Part shown: positions 40,942 to 50,940 of the stretch, piece by piece
Position numbering within the stretch: position 1 is the stretch's first letter
Layout of the letters: every line of letters starts with the position of its first letter
Source: Candidatus Dormiibacterota bacterium
GTDB taxonomy: Bacteria; Chloroflexota; Dormibacteria; Aeolococcales; Aeolococcaceae
NCBI GenBank assembly: GCA_963709585.1
Contig: CAVPXI010000014.1
Coordinates: 84,320 to 148,319, forward strand
Direction: 5' to 3'
DNA length: 64,000 nucleotides
Position numbers and translations under genes: made by a program
The notes under the pieces: generated by a model
Database searches by the model: none
What the model was told of the DNA's origin: nothing
What the model saw: the letters and a program-made list of their open reading frames with translations, nothing else

Positions 40942-41886
40942 TCACTGTGTCATCGCCTGGCGTACGGTCTCGACGACCGTTCCCGCGGGCGCGCCACCCG
41001 GATGTCCGGCGGCCGCAAGCCAGTCAAGGAACTGGCCCATCAGCCGGTCGTCGATCGCACTCCAGCTCGACATGCAGGTCTTGTAGTCGGCCGCGGCGTG
41101 GTCGCAGACCTGGTGGAAGGTGAGCGGCAGCCAGCCGCCGCCGTGCGCCGCCGCCGCGTTGACGAAGGTCTCCAGGTCAGCGAGGTTTTTCGCCTTCGGT
41201 GCGTCGACATCGACGGTACGCAAGGCGTACGGGTCCTTCGGCGGCAGCGTATCCGCCCAGGGGAAGCTCGGGACCGTGGTTAACAGAGATGCGTCCCCAC
41301 CTTCTCTGGAGTTCAAGTATCCGCACGACCCGACGATGGCCTCGGCGGCGGTGTTGAATGCGCCGAACGGATACGCATACGAGACCGGGTCCACGATCCC
41401 GTGGGCGAGCAGGTCCGTGCGCGACCCGCACACGTCTGCCAGCTTGTCGGTGTAGGAAACTGCCGGATCGGTAAGCCTGACGTGACTCACACCATGCCCA
41501 CCGATGTCGTCGCCCTCGCTCTGCAGCGTGCGCAGCTGTGCAAACGACATGCAGCAGCGGAAGGGTCCGTCACTGTCCGACGTGATCACGTAGTACGTCG
41601 CATTCATGTGACGCGCGCGAAGCAGCGGTCGCAGGTAAAGGTACTGGTCCAGGTAGCCATCGTCGAAGGTGAGCGATATCACCAACTTTGGGGGGCGCAG
41701 ATGGACCACCGTGGTGTTCGCCTGCGCGGAGGCGCAAGCGCTGACCCCCCACGCAGTCGCTATCGACACTGCCCCGAGGGCAGCGACTCTCAGAAAACGC
41801 CGCGGTTGCTGACTCGAGCGCACGCGGCGCTGCACCTGCTCGAGCGGACTGCGTCGTGGCGGGATGCCTCGGTGCACGTCGCTCAT
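40942..41886 (-). CDS. polysaccharide deacetylase (CE4/NodB homology) family protein, secreted
   Basis: ORF 40942..41964, trimmed to the ATG at 41886, which forms an ATGA overlap with the upstream gene. Signal peptide. Canonical ISLTFDDGY motif, GGHGVSH, YAYPFG. The C-terminal segment is paralogous to the domain tails of the giant protein (HGGGWLPLTFHQVCD...GGAPAGTVVETV). Confidence 0.85.
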   Translation of the reverse strand: MSDVHRGIPPRRSPLEQVQRRVRSSQQPRRFLRVAALGAVSIATAWGVSACASAQANTTVVHLRPPKLVISLTFDDGYLDQYLYLRPLLRARHMNATYYVITSDSDGPFRCCMSFAQLRTLQSEGDDIGGHGVSHVRLTDPAVSYTDKLADVCGSRTDLLAHGIVDPVSYAYPFGAFNTAAEAIVGSCGYLNSREGGDASLLTTVPSFPWADTLPPKDPYALRTVDVDAPKAKNLADLETFVNAAAAHGGGWLPLTFHQVCDHAAADYKTCMSSWSAIDDRLMGQFLDWLAAAGHPGGAPAGTVVETVRQAMTQ

Positions 41887-42698
41887 GCCTGCTCCGTGCC
41901 CACGAAGTTCTCGTAGACGGTCTCGGCTCGCTTGCGCAGGACCGCGAGCGAGGGATGCGTCCACTGTTGGCGCAGCGACCGCTTGGTGTCCTCACGATTC
42001 GCGGACGGGACCCACGCCTCCCTGTCCTCCAGCGATGTCGCGGCGCGAAGGTCGGCGAGCGCTTTGTCCAGCTCCGCTCGACTGACCTTCCCCGACTCGA
42101 AGCCGAGCAGGATCCGCGAGAGCGTGCCGCGCAACCCGGAGAAATCGAGGACCTCGCGCACACTTGATTCCGTGTGCTCGAACTCCGCGAAGCTCGTGCG
42201 GAAGCGCGTGTTGAGTCGCCGGATCACGTCGCCGAAGTCGTTGGTGACCTGCTCGAACTCACCGACCACGAACCGGTCGCGGTAGGGAAGCAGGCACGTG
42301 TAGAACCGCGAGTACGCGATCAGCGCGCCGGACACGCTCACCCAGGGCTCGCGCACAACTTGAGACAGGATTGCCCCCTGCGGCTTGCGGATCAGCACAA
42401 GCGCCGGTACGCCGCGCCGGGCCGCCTCGATCAGTTGCGCCGGGGCGTGCAGGTGGTGCGCCAGGCGCACCGGCTTGGGTTGCGACAGCTGCAGCGCATA
42501 AACGGCGAATGTCGTCGCGGATCGCGTGTAGCCGTCGATCACCAGCTCGGTCTCAGGGCTGATCACCTCCGGGCTGGGGCCGGGATATTTCCGCCGCGCG
42601 AACGGCAGATAGAGCGACGGGTACTCCGCTACCCGCGTACGCAGCCGGTGCCGGGCTCGGCTCGCAAGGGAGACCGACGATCGAGCGACCACTGTCAC
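41883..42698 (-). CDS. hypothetical protein with sulfotransferase-like PAPS-binding motifs
   Basis: GTGA overlap with the GT4 stop. LVIDGYTRSATTF resembles the 5'-PSB loop (xRSGTT). LVLIRKPQGAILS fits the 3'-PB pattern R-x7-S. No other recognisable domain. Confidence 0.55.
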   Translation of the reverse strand: MTVVARSSVSLASRARHRLRTRVAEYPSLYLPFARRKYPGPSPEVISPETELVIDGYTRSATTFAVYALQLSQPKPVRLAHHLHAPAQLIEAARRGVPALVLIRKPQGAILSQVVREPWVSVSGALIAYSRFYTCLLPYRDRFVVGEFEQVTNDFGDVIRRLNTRFRTSFAEFEHTESSVREVLDFSGLRGTLSRILLGFESGKVSRAELDKALADLRAATSLEDREAWVPSANREDTKRSLRQQWTHPSLAVLRKRAETVYENFVGTEQA

Positions 42699-43933
42699 AC
42701 CTCCACAGCCACGCGGTCGTGCTGAAGAGCGTCATGGCGCTTGCGGCCGAGAAGTCGCTGGTAGACCTTCAAGTAGGTGCTTTCCTGCCGCTCCCACGCG
42801 AGCCGCTGGGCAACCCCTCGGCGTCCGGCCCGTCCCATGTCGGCCCGAAGCTCAGGGTCGTCAAGCAGCTTGTCGACCAGGCGCGCGAAACCGATCACAT
42901 CTCTGGACACCGCGTACGCCGCTGCGTCGCCGGCGAGCGCCCTGGTCTCCCGAAGGTCGAAGCCGACGAAGGGCAGCCCGTACGCCATGTACTCCATTCC
43001 TTTGACCGGTGAGACGATTTCCTCGAGGTTCGGCTCCAGCCCGAGATCGGCAGAGGACAGATAGGTGGACACCGCCTCCTGCCCGACCCAACCGGTGAAG
43101 CTAACCCAGTTTTCGAGGCCGAGATCCGCGGCGAGTTGCTCACACGCCGCGCGCGCCTCACCGTCTCCCAGGAAAGCGAAATGGCAATCCGTTCGACCGA
43201 TCACATGGACCAGGTGATCGACCATCCGAAGGGCCACGTCGACACGGTCCTGCGGGCCCATGAAGCCGACCCAGCAGCAGAGGTAGCGTCGTCCCTTCTT
43301 GAGCTCGGGACGCATCGGCACGACGCGCAACTCTTCGAGCACGGGGCCGTTGCCGACGACGCTCACCTTTCCTGGCCGTAGACCACCTCGAGCGTACGCG
43401 ACGTTCTCGAGCGACTGATTGACAGTGATCACGTGATCGGCGACCCGATAGCTCTCCCGCTCGAGCCAGCAGAGCAACTGGAACACGATTCCGCGACGGA
43501 GGCCGTATCGCAATTGGTACAGCTCAGGCGAGAGATCCCGCTGATCGAGCACGAGGCGGCGGCCGAGGAGCTTGAAGGGCGCTCCGATGGCGAAGTAGAT
43601 GTCCGGCGTTCCGCTGACCTGGACGGCATCGAACGGATCGCTGACGAAGACCCGGACGGAGAGAAAGGCGGCCAGCAACCACGAGTAGCCGTATTCGCGG
43701 ATGAAGCCGATCTTGCTCGTGGCGTCGGCCGGCGCGCGGTACTCGTGCAGTCGAGTTGCGGCGTACCGGCCGTTCCCCGGGTCGGCACGGCAGATCACAC
43801 TCACTCGGTAACCGCCCGCCACCAGCGTTGCCGCCTGTTTCTGGAGCCTGTGGTCACGGGCCAGCGGCACGTTTTCGACGATGAGCAGGATGTGAGGAGG
43901 GCGCACGGAATCAGCCGGCGACCAAGTTCGCAC
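42695..43933 (-). CDS. glycosyltransferase family 4 (GT-B, group 1)
   Basis: HILLIVENVPLARDHRLQKQAATLVAGGYRVSVI N-terminal domain. C-terminal domain with the E-x7-E-like region (LEPNLEEIVSPVKGMEYMAYGLPFVG). Confidence 0.85.
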   Translation of the reverse strand: MRTWSPADSVRPPHILLIVENVPLARDHRLQKQAATLVAGGYRVSVICRADPGNGRYAATRLHEYRAPADATSKIGFIREYGYSWLLAAFLSVRVFVSDPFDAVQVSGTPDIYFAIGAPFKLLGRRLVLDQRDLSPELYQLRYGLRRGIVFQLLCWLERESYRVADHVITVNQSLENVAYARGGLRPGKVSVVGNGPVLEELRVVPMRPELKKGRRYLCCWVGFMGPQDRVDVALRMVDHLVHVIGRTDCHFAFLGDGEARAACEQLAADLGLENWVSFTGWVGQEAVSTYLSSADLGLEPNLEEIVSPVKGMEYMAYGLPFVGFDLRETRALAGDAAAYAVSRDVIGFARLVDKLLDDPELRADMGRAGRRGVAQRLAWERQESTYLKVYQRLLGRKRHDALQHDRVAVEV

Positions 43934-43957
43934 GTGCCCGCCGAAGCCGGGATCAAC

Positions 43958-44665
43958 TCAACCGGGCGCCCTCCCATTGCTCGCATGCAAACTCGCCGGG
44001 GCAGCCTCCGGCACCGTAGGGTCGGCATTCTCCGGATGCAGGACGAGCTGGATCGTGCCGTTCTCGACGTGGAACTCTGTCACCGAGCCGCGTCTGACCG
44101 GGTGTCGCCAACTCCTGCCGTCGACGCCGGTCAACTCCAGCATCACCAGCCGGATCATCACTGCGTGGGTCACCGCGGCCACCGATTCGCCTGCGTGCCG
44201 AGAGCCGATGAACTGAACCGCCTCGAGCATCCGACGCTGCGCGACCATCAGCCGCTCGCCCTGTGGGCAGGCCGCGATCCGGGGTGACAACTCGTAGAGG
44301 CTGTATGCCTCCGGGTCGTAGAGCGCCGCTTCCTCGGGCGTCATGCCCTCCCAGGCGCCATAGTCGAGGTTGTTGAGCCCCTGGAGAATGCGAAGGTCAG
44401 GAACCCAGTGCTCGTCAGCGATGATCTGCGCGGCGGCGATCGTGCGCCGGAGCGGCCCGGTGTACACCGAGGTCAGCCCCGCGCCGTCCAGGCGCCGCGC
44501 CGCATCGACTGCGTCGCGGTAGCCCTGAGCATCCAGCGGGACGTCTCGGCGGCCCCGGTATCGATTCTCCACGGTGAGCGACGTCGTTCCGTGCCGGACC
44601 AGGTACAGCCGGCATGCCGCCGCACTGCGGCGCTTGGTGTCTCGAATCGCCATCCGCGCGGTCAT
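43958..44665 (-). CDS. histidine phosphatase superfamily (phosphoglycerate-mutase-like) protein
   Basis: RLYLVRHGTTS (RHG catalytic motif) and a later H in AVTHAVMIR. ATGA overlap with the stop of the upstream Wzz/kinase-like gene. Confidence 0.8.
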   Translation of the reverse strand: MTARMAIRDTKRRSAAACRLYLVRHGTTSLTVENRYRGRRDVPLDAQGYRDAVDAARRLDGAGLTSVYTGPLRRTIAAAQIIADEHWVPDLRILQGLNNLDYGAWEGMTPEEAALYDPEAYSLYELSPRIAACPQGERLMVAQRRMLEAVQFIGSRHAGESVAAVTHAVMIRLVMLELTGVDGRSWRHPVRRGSVTEFHVENGTIQLVLHPENADPTVPEAAPASLHASNGRAPG

Positions 44666-46290
44666 CGGCGCGGGCTCGACGGGCGTTCACTCCGGGGAGC
44701 GGGTTCCGCGGCCTCGTCTTCCCCGGCGTTCTCAATGTTGAGCAGCGTGCTCGACGGGCTGGGAATCTTTGCGGCCCGCGCGGAGTGCCCGTTGAGTGCC
44801 GGTGCGGGCGCGGTGACCGGGTCAGGCGTCTCGACCTTGGCGGCAGACCTCTCCGCCGCCTCGGCGGGTGTGGTCAGCGGGCGCGGAAGGCGGCGCGCTC
44901 TGCCCACGTTGACGAGCGCACACGCGACCAGGTCGTCAGGCGAACGCCCGAGCTGAGACATCGCGGCCCGCACCTGAGCGCGTGTCGACAGCCGGGCATC
45001 AGCAACGAACAGGATCATATGGCTCAACTGGGCGAGCACCTCGGTGTCCGCGCTCGCCAGCACCGGCGGCGCTTCGACCACGATGAAATCAGCCCGATCG
45101 CGGAGCTGCCCGAGGAGTCGTGGCAGGGCAGGCGAGACCATCATCGCTCCAGGGTCGGGCACCGAACGGCCGGCCGAGATCAGCTGCAGCCCGGGGACGT
45201 CGGTGTCGCGCAGTGCAGAGCCAAGGCTCGAACGATCCAAGAGCACGCTGCTGAGTCCGACCCCCTCGCTCAGGCCGAAGAGCTCATGAGTGCGGCTCCC
45301 TCGCAAGTCCGCGCAGACCAGGATGACTTGCCGGCCGGACAGCGCCAGGGCCGCGGCCAGGTTCGCCGCGACTGTGGCCTTGTCTTCCCGGGTCGCGCTG
45401 GTGACCGTGAGCGTGTCGGCACTTCGCCCACTGGCCGCCTGGAGGACCCGTGTCCGTAGGTCGCGATATGCCTCGGCGACGCGGGAGCCTGGACTGTGAA
45501 CGATGACGAGCCGCTCGCCCGCGGACCGCTTCCGGGTACGGAAAGCCGGGATCAGTGCCAGGACCGGCGCATCGGCCTCGGTCGCCAGATCGAGGGGCCC
45601 ACGAAGGCGGTCGTCGATCGCGTCACGCGCGAAGGCCACACCGACCCCCAGCGCCAAACCCAGAATCAAGGCGACGCCGACGTCCAGCCAGCGATTCGGA
45701 CCTGTCGGGGATGCGGGCCGGGAGGCATCACTGATGAGGCTTGGCCGCACCGCGCCGGGCGCGGCCGGAGCCGGGGTCTTGCTGCCTGGCACGAACGTCG
45801 GCGCAGGAGTCCGAAATCCAACATAGGCCTCCGCAATACCCTCAGCCGCGCGCTGAGCCTGGATCGGGTTCGGAGCTGAGAAGGCGATGTCGAGCAGATC
45901 GGTGTCCACCGGGACGGTCACCGACAACCCGGACTGCAGCGCGCTCGGCGAGATCTCCGCCGCCCTCGAGGCGATCAACAGCACTGCCTCCGACGACACG
46001 ATCCCCTTCTCGGTGGCCATCACCACGGGCTGCTGGCTCGCGGCACTCGCCGATTCGGCGAAGACGACCACCGTCGCGTGCGACGTGTATATCGACTTCT
46101 GCTCCTTCGCCACCACGTACGCGCCCGCCGTCACCGCCAGGGCGATCAGCAGGATCCACGCCAGGTGCGCCCTCAGGAACCGCGACCCGACCCCGGTCTC
46201 GCGCGCCCGGGGTGCGCGAGGCGGCGGGATTGCGGTGTAGCGCTCGCCGCCGCCCTCCAACTGAGTGGGCAGTCTTGAGTGTGCACTCAT
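44662..46290 (-). CDS. polysaccharide co-polymerase (Wzz domain) fused to a BY-kinase-like P-loop domain with degenerate motifs
   Basis: ORF 44662..46692, trimmed to the ATG at 46290 (MSAHSRLPTQ). TM helix plus Wzz-like region (AKEQKSIYTSHATVVV...LLDIAFSAPNPIQAQRAAEGIAEAYV) and a second TM helix. The ATPase-like domain reads TSATREDKAT, LVCADLRGS and FIVVEAPP in place of canonical Walker A, A' and B. Confidence 0.8.
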   Translation of the reverse strand: MSAHSRLPTQLEGGGERYTAIPPPRAPRARETGVGSRFLRAHLAWILLIALAVTAGAYVVAKEQKSIYTSHATVVVFAESASAASQQPVVMATEKGIVSSEAVLLIASRAAEISPSALQSGLSVTVPVDTDLLDIAFSAPNPIQAQRAAEGIAEAYVGFRTPAPTFVPGSKTPAPAAPGAVRPSLISDASRPASPTGPNRWLDVGVALILGLALGVGVAFARDAIDDRLRGPLDLATEADAPVLALIPAFRTRKRSAGERLVIVHSPGSRVAEAYRDLRTRVLQAASGRSADTLTVTSATREDKATVAANLAAALALSGRQVILVCADLRGSRTHELFGLSEGVGLSSVLLDRSSLGSALRDTDVPGLQLISAGRSVPDPGAMMVSPALPRLLGQLRDRADFIVVEAPPVLASADTEVLAQLSHMILFVADARLSTRAQVRAAMSQLGRSPDDLVACALVNVGRARRLPRPLTTPAEAAERSAAKVETPDPVTAPAPALNGHSARAAKIPSPSSTLLNIENAGEDEAAEPAPRSERPSSPRR

Positions 46291-46364
46291 ATGATTCGAG
46301 TTCTGCCGCGAACGGGTGGGCGATGGTTCAGTTGTTTCGTCCGCGCGATCCCATAAAGGCGTGT

Positions 46365-47879
46365 TCACATCAGGTCCTCGTTCGCTGGCGCTTGCTGTCG
46401 GCTGGGGGAGCGCGCGACCGCGGCGCGCCGGGTTCCGGTAGCGGCCAGGGCGGCCAGAATGAACATGGCGTCGGCTGATCCGCGATACGTTAGGTGGGGA
46501 TCGAACACCATCAGGACAGCGGTCACGATCACCGCGACGAACGTGGCAGATCCAGCGATACCGGCTGCGTCTGCGCTCCCACGCGCCACTCGCCATCCGC
46601 GCTTCGCCATCGCGACGACGAAGAAGACAAAGCTTGCGAACAGCGGGATCCCGCCTCCCCAGAGCAGCCAGGTGTAGCCGCTCTCGATCCACACGTAGCC
46701 GGTCCCCTGAGTCGCCACCGCAACTCGTGCGGCCGGGCGGACACCGAGAATGAAGTTCCAGTCAGCGAACAGCTGCGGCCAGAAGTAGTTCTGCAAATTC
46801 TGCACTCGGTCTGTCCAGCTGACCGGCAGCCCGCTGGCCGACCCGAAGCTGCCGAGCCGGACGGCGAGCACCGGCCACACGACCACTGAGCCGATCAGCC
46901 CGGCGGGAACAAGGACTTTGAGCAGCCGCGCGGAATTGGTCACGGCTGCGATACACGCGGCGCCCACCAGGAGGCCGATGACGCCGGAGAACTCGCCCGC
47001 GGACAGCGTCCCCAGAACGAGCAGCCCGGCAGCAGCTCCGAGCAGGGCTCGGTGGCGGCGGCCACGCGACAACATGGCACCGACGATCGCCAGGTTGTAG
47101 ACCATGAGATCCGCAGTCGCCGCAGGCAGCCCGAGGGTCGAGCTGCCACGCGCCGGAAAAGCCTGCGTGTAGCCATCGGGCGCAAAAAATGTGGCGAGGA
47201 ACCTCGGGACCCCGAAGAGGCTCAGTGACTGCACGATCGCGACCACTGCGACAATGCACGCGGCGGCGACTGAGATCCACAGGCAGCGGAGGATTTGTTG
47301 ATCCGTGGTGACGCTCATGCGGATCACCGCGTACAGGCCGAGGAACTTCCAGAGCACGAGCGCGTACAGCAGATCGTCAGAGGTGATCTGCTCCTGGCGG
47401 ACTGCCATCCACAGCAGGGGGACGACGGAGCTGCACACGGCCAGCAGAACGATGGAAGCCTCGACAGCCCCGATCCGGAGTCGCGGTAGCCGTCCGGTTC
47501 GCAGCCCGACGATGCCGCGTGTCCCCAGCGCCACGCCCGCGATCAGGACGATCGCCTCGTTCGGCCGAAGCACGGGTATCGCCGAACCGCGGTTGATCCC
47601 GGCGGTCAGCGGGGTGAGTCCGACGATCAGGAAGGCGCCCAATGCGGGCCATCGCCATACGCAGGCAATGAGCCCCAGGAGCAGCAGCGCGGCAAGAGCG
47701 TACAGCGGGGCAAAGGTGCTGGCGGCGCCCGCCACCGCGGCACCGACCAGGATCGGCCCGAGGAACCAGCGTCCGGACGGGCGGCCAAGCCGAGGCCATT
47801 CGCGGCCCCAGGGCGTGGACGTGGTCCCGACGCGATCAGCGCCCCGGGTCGTTCCGAGCCGCGCGCCTGCTTCAACCAT
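46365..47879 (-). CDS. O-antigen ligase / Wzy-like polymerase family membrane protein
   Basis: ORF 46365..47942, trimmed to the ATG at 47879, which shares its A with the upstream TGA. At least 10 TM helices with a large loop. Typical context between the flippase and the co-polymerase. Confidence 0.75.
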   Translation of the reverse strand: MVEAGARLGTTRGADRVGTTSTPWGREWPRLGRPSGRWFLGPILVGAAVAGAASTFAPLYALAALLLLGLIACVWRWPALGAFLIVGLTPLTAGINRGSAIPVLRPNEAIVLIAGVALGTRGIVGLRTGRLPRLRIGAVEASIVLLAVCSSVVPLLWMAVRQEQITSDDLLYALVLWKFLGLYAVIRMSVTTDQQILRCLWISVAAACIVAVVAIVQSLSLFGVPRFLATFFAPDGYTQAFPARGSSTLGLPAATADLMVYNLAIVGAMLSRGRRHRALLGAAAGLLVLGTLSAGEFSGVIGLLVGAACIAAVTNSARLLKVLVPAGLIGSVVVWPVLAVRLGSFGSASGLPVSWTDRVQNLQNYFWPQLFADWNFILGVRPAARVAVATQGTGYVWIESGYTWLLWGGGIPLFASFVFFVVAMAKRGWRVARGSADAAGIAGSATFVAVIVTAVLMVFDPHLTYRGSADAMFILAALAATGTRRAAVARSPSRQQAPANEDLM

Positions 47880-49577
47880 CAATGCACTCCGCCGTTGCCG
47901 GCCGGGCGGTGGCGCAACTGGCCGAGCCCGCCGACGAGCCATCCAAGCTCAGGGGACCGCCACCAGGCTTGCAGCGCCAGGAACACGGCGCCTCCGACCA
48001 GGGCGGCTGCGAGTATTCCGACCCGAGGGCCGAACGATCCGCCGAGCAAGCGCGGGATGGTAGCCGCCACGATCCACGCCGGCCCGGCCATGACCACGGC
48101 AGCGGCCGCGAACTTGGCGATCGAGGGCAGCAGCCGGTACGAGGCGGCTCCACCGACGTTCCGCCTGACGCGGGCGTTCAGATGGAGGCCGGCCACCGCG
48201 GTCGACGCAGACAGGGCCAGCCCGAGGACCAGCACCACTGCCGGGCCGTGGACGAGGAGCGAGCTGGTCGCCAGCGACAGGCACGTGACCGCCTGAATCA
48301 GCATCGAGACCAGCGGCGACCGCGTGTCCTTCATCGCATAGGAGGCGTAGGTCGCGATCATGAACGCCGTCTGGCCGACGACGGCCACCGATAGCGCAGC
48401 GAGTGAGAAGGCCACCAGGTTGATGCCCGTCGCTGTATCCATCCTGCCGAACGAGATCGCTCGGCCCAGGGGGAAGGCCAGCACGAGGTAGCCGACGGCG
48501 GCCGGGATGGCGACGAAGAATCCCAGGGCCAGGCCGCGCACGAGCGCGTCGCGAAATGCGGCAAGGTCGCCGGCGAGGTGCATCCGCGCGAGCCTCGGGA
48601 GCAGGGAAAGCGCCACCGGCGTCGCCCCGATCGCGATCGCCAGGTAGTAGAAGTTCAGTGCGATCTGGAAGGCGACGACTCCCCCTTCAAGCCGATTGGC
48701 CATCACCAGGAGGGTCAGAATCTGAACCGCGCCGAGCCCGGCTTGCGCCAGTGCCGGTAGCGCCCGCCGCACGACGGTGCGAACCTCAGGGTCGCGCCAC
48801 CCGGGGAGCGGCACGAGGACCACGCCGGCCCGCCGTGCCCCCCACCACTGCGTCGCCGCATGCAGGGCGACCGCGCCGGTGGAGCCGAGCCCGAGGAGGA
48901 GGATCTCGCCGAGGGGCACGTCTGTGACGTTGGTACTCGAGCCGTAGAGCAGCGCGGCGGCACCAAGCACCGCAATCGTGCCCAGGTTCTCCACGGCCGG
49001 GGCGCCGGCAGCGAGCGCGAAGCGCCGTCGCGAGTTCATCACCGCGGTCGCCGACCCGACGACGCCGTAGAGAAAGATCTGCGGGATGAACATGAGAATG
49101 AGGAGTTGCCCGACGCGCACCTGTGCGGCGCTCGTGAGCGCATGTCCCCCGCCCAGCGCCGCGAGCCGCAATGCCTGGGGGCCGAGGCCGACAGCCACCG
49201 GGGTGATCACGAGCAGCGCTATCAGCGTCATGCCCAGGAAGCCACCCGCGACCCGTTCCGATGCCCGACGGTCGCCGGCGTCGATATGGCGCACGAGCGC
49301 CGGAACCAGCAGCGACGAGAAGAGCGAGCCGGCCAGGAAGCCGTAGTAGACGAGGTTGGGAAGTGAGTTGGTGAACTGATAGGTGTTCCCGAAGAAGGTG
49401 GGGCCGAGGACCGCTCCGATCACGGCGAATCGCATTAGCCCGGTGACCCGGCTGACGATCGTCCAGGCCGCAACAGTTAACGAGTTCGCCTGCGGCGGAG
49501 ATTGGGCTGAGGTGCGGCTCCGGCTCGCGCGCGGAAGTCGCGGCCGGCACCAGGAGAGTCGAGGATGGTGTGCTCAT
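47879..49577 (-). pseudogene. MurJ/MviN-type (MOP superfamily) lipid-linked glycan flippase, one apparent frameshift near the N-terminus
   Basis: ORF 47879..49435 starts at MRFAVIGAVLG. Its frame reads ANSLTVAAWTIVSRVTGL just upstream (MurJ N-terminal signature) but has no start codon. The ATG at 49577 forms an ATGA overlap with the upstream gene and opens MSTPSSTLLVPAAT...SAAG in another frame. The frames switch at about 49483-49497. Confidence 0.75.
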
Positions 49578-50299
49578 CGCGCCCCGGTTGTGGAGAGCAC
49601 GACCGGCACCGTCCGCAGCAGGATGGAGAGATCGAGGGTGAAGCTCCTCCTGTCCACATACTCGATGTCCAGGTCGAGCCCGTCCTTCATGGTGAGGCTG
49701 TTCCTGCCACTGACTTGCCAGAGGCCGGTGAGGCCCGGAGCGACGAGAAACCGCCGGGAGTGGGGTGGACGGATCAACTCCGCCTCCCAGGGCAACGCTG
49801 GGCGCGGCCCGACGAGCGACATGTCCCCGCGAATGACATTCAGCAGCTGTGGGAGCTCGTCGATGCTGGTCCTGCGCAGCAGCCGGCCGACCTTGGTGAT
49901 CCGCGTGTCGTTTTCGAGCTTGTAAAGGCCCTGCCGCCCCCCGGTTGGCGGCTGGTCCAGCGTGAGCAATTGGGTGACGTAATTGCGATGGACGTCATCT
50001 GGGGAGCCAGCGTGCATCGTCCGGAACTTGTAGAGCACGAACGGCCGCTGTCCTCGGCCAAGCCGGGTCTGCCGGAACAGCGCCGGTCCCGGGCTGGTCA
50101 GCTTGATCAACACAGCCACGAGAACGAGCAACGGGGATACCAGGATCAGACACGCCGACGCAATCACGATGTCCAGCACGCGCTTGCTGGGCGGCGTGCG
50201 CAGCGGAACATCACGTGCGTCGTCGATCGGAAGGTCCGCTGCGGCGCGAAGGTGATCGCTGAAGATCATCGAAGCCTCACCCTTGCTCCTCGCTTCCAT
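49574..50299 (-). CDS. undecaprenyl-phosphate sugar-phosphate transferase (small PglC/WbaP-C-type 'bacterial sugar transferase')
   Basis: RVLDIVIASACLILVSPLLVLVAVLIKLTSPGPALFRQTRLG, YKFRTM, DELPQLLNVIRGDMSLVGPRP. The start ATG at 50299 shares its A with the upstream TAA. Confidence 0.9.
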   Translation of the reverse strand: MEARSKGEASMIFSDHLRAAADLPIDDARDVPLRTPPSKRVLDIVIASACLILVSPLLVLVAVLIKLTSPGPALFRQTRLGRGQRPFVLYKFRTMHAGSPDDVHRNYVTQLLTLDQPPTGGRQGLYKLENDTRITKVGRLLRRTSIDELPQLLNVIRGDMSLVGPRPALPWEAELIRPPHSRRFLVAPGLTGLWQVSGRNSLTMKDGLDLDIEYVDRRSFTLDLSILLRTVPVVLSTTGAR

Positions 50300-50940
50300 T
50301 AGCGGCGGGCCTCGCCCATCGATAGCGACGAATCGAGCCTGTCGCCGAGTTCGATCCGCGCTCCGATCGCCGGCAGCCGCCGAACCTCACCGCGCACCCG
50401 GGCGGGGTTGCCGAACGCCACGCATCCTTCGGGGATGTCGCGGGAAACCACCGAGCCGGCGCCGATGAGACATCCGGCCCCAATATGGACGAAGGGAAGG
50501 ATGGTCACGTTGACGCCGATTTGCGCGCCTGCCCCTATCGATGGCCCACACATCACCGCGGCCGACGCTGCCTGCCCGGGGTACAGATCGTTGGCGATGG
50601 TCACGCCTGGCGCGAGAAAGGCGTCGTCTCCGATCTCTGTGAACTGCGCGATGTAGCAGTTCGCGTGGATCTTCACGCGGTCACCGATAACGCATCCGTA
50701 GTCGATCACGGAGTTGCTCCACACCGAAACGTCGTCACCGATGCGGCAGTCCTCGCGAATCACCACGTTGTGGCCGGTCTCGAAGCTTGCTCCGATGCGC
50801 GATCCCACGTAGACCACGGTGCCGCTGCGGAGGTGCGGGTCCTGGCCCAGCACCAGTTCTCCGGCCGCGTTTCGCGAAGATGGATAGCCGACGATGGCGC
50901 TCGAGTTCAATCCGCGGATCCCCACCCGCGACCATGTCAC
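50299..50940 (-). CDS. hexapeptide-repeat (left-handed beta-helix) sugar N-acetyltransferase
   Basis: ORF 50299..51126, trimmed to the GTG at 50940, which forms a GTGA overlap with the aminotransferase stop. Repeated [LIV]G-x4 hexads (IGDDVSVWSNSVIDYGCVIGDRVKIHANCYI...IGAGAQIGVNVTILPFVHIGAGCLIGAGSVV). Confidence 0.85.
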   Translation of the reverse strand: MTWSRVGIRGLNSSAIVGYPSSRNAAGELVLGQDPHLRSGTVVYVGSRIGASFETGHNVVIREDCRIGDDVSVWSNSVIDYGCVIGDRVKIHANCYIAQFTEIGDDAFLAPGVTIANDLYPGQAASAAVMCGPSIGAGAQIGVNVTILPFVHIGAGCLIGAGSVVSRDIPEGCVAFGNPARVRGEVRRLPAIGARIELGDRLDSSLSMGEARR

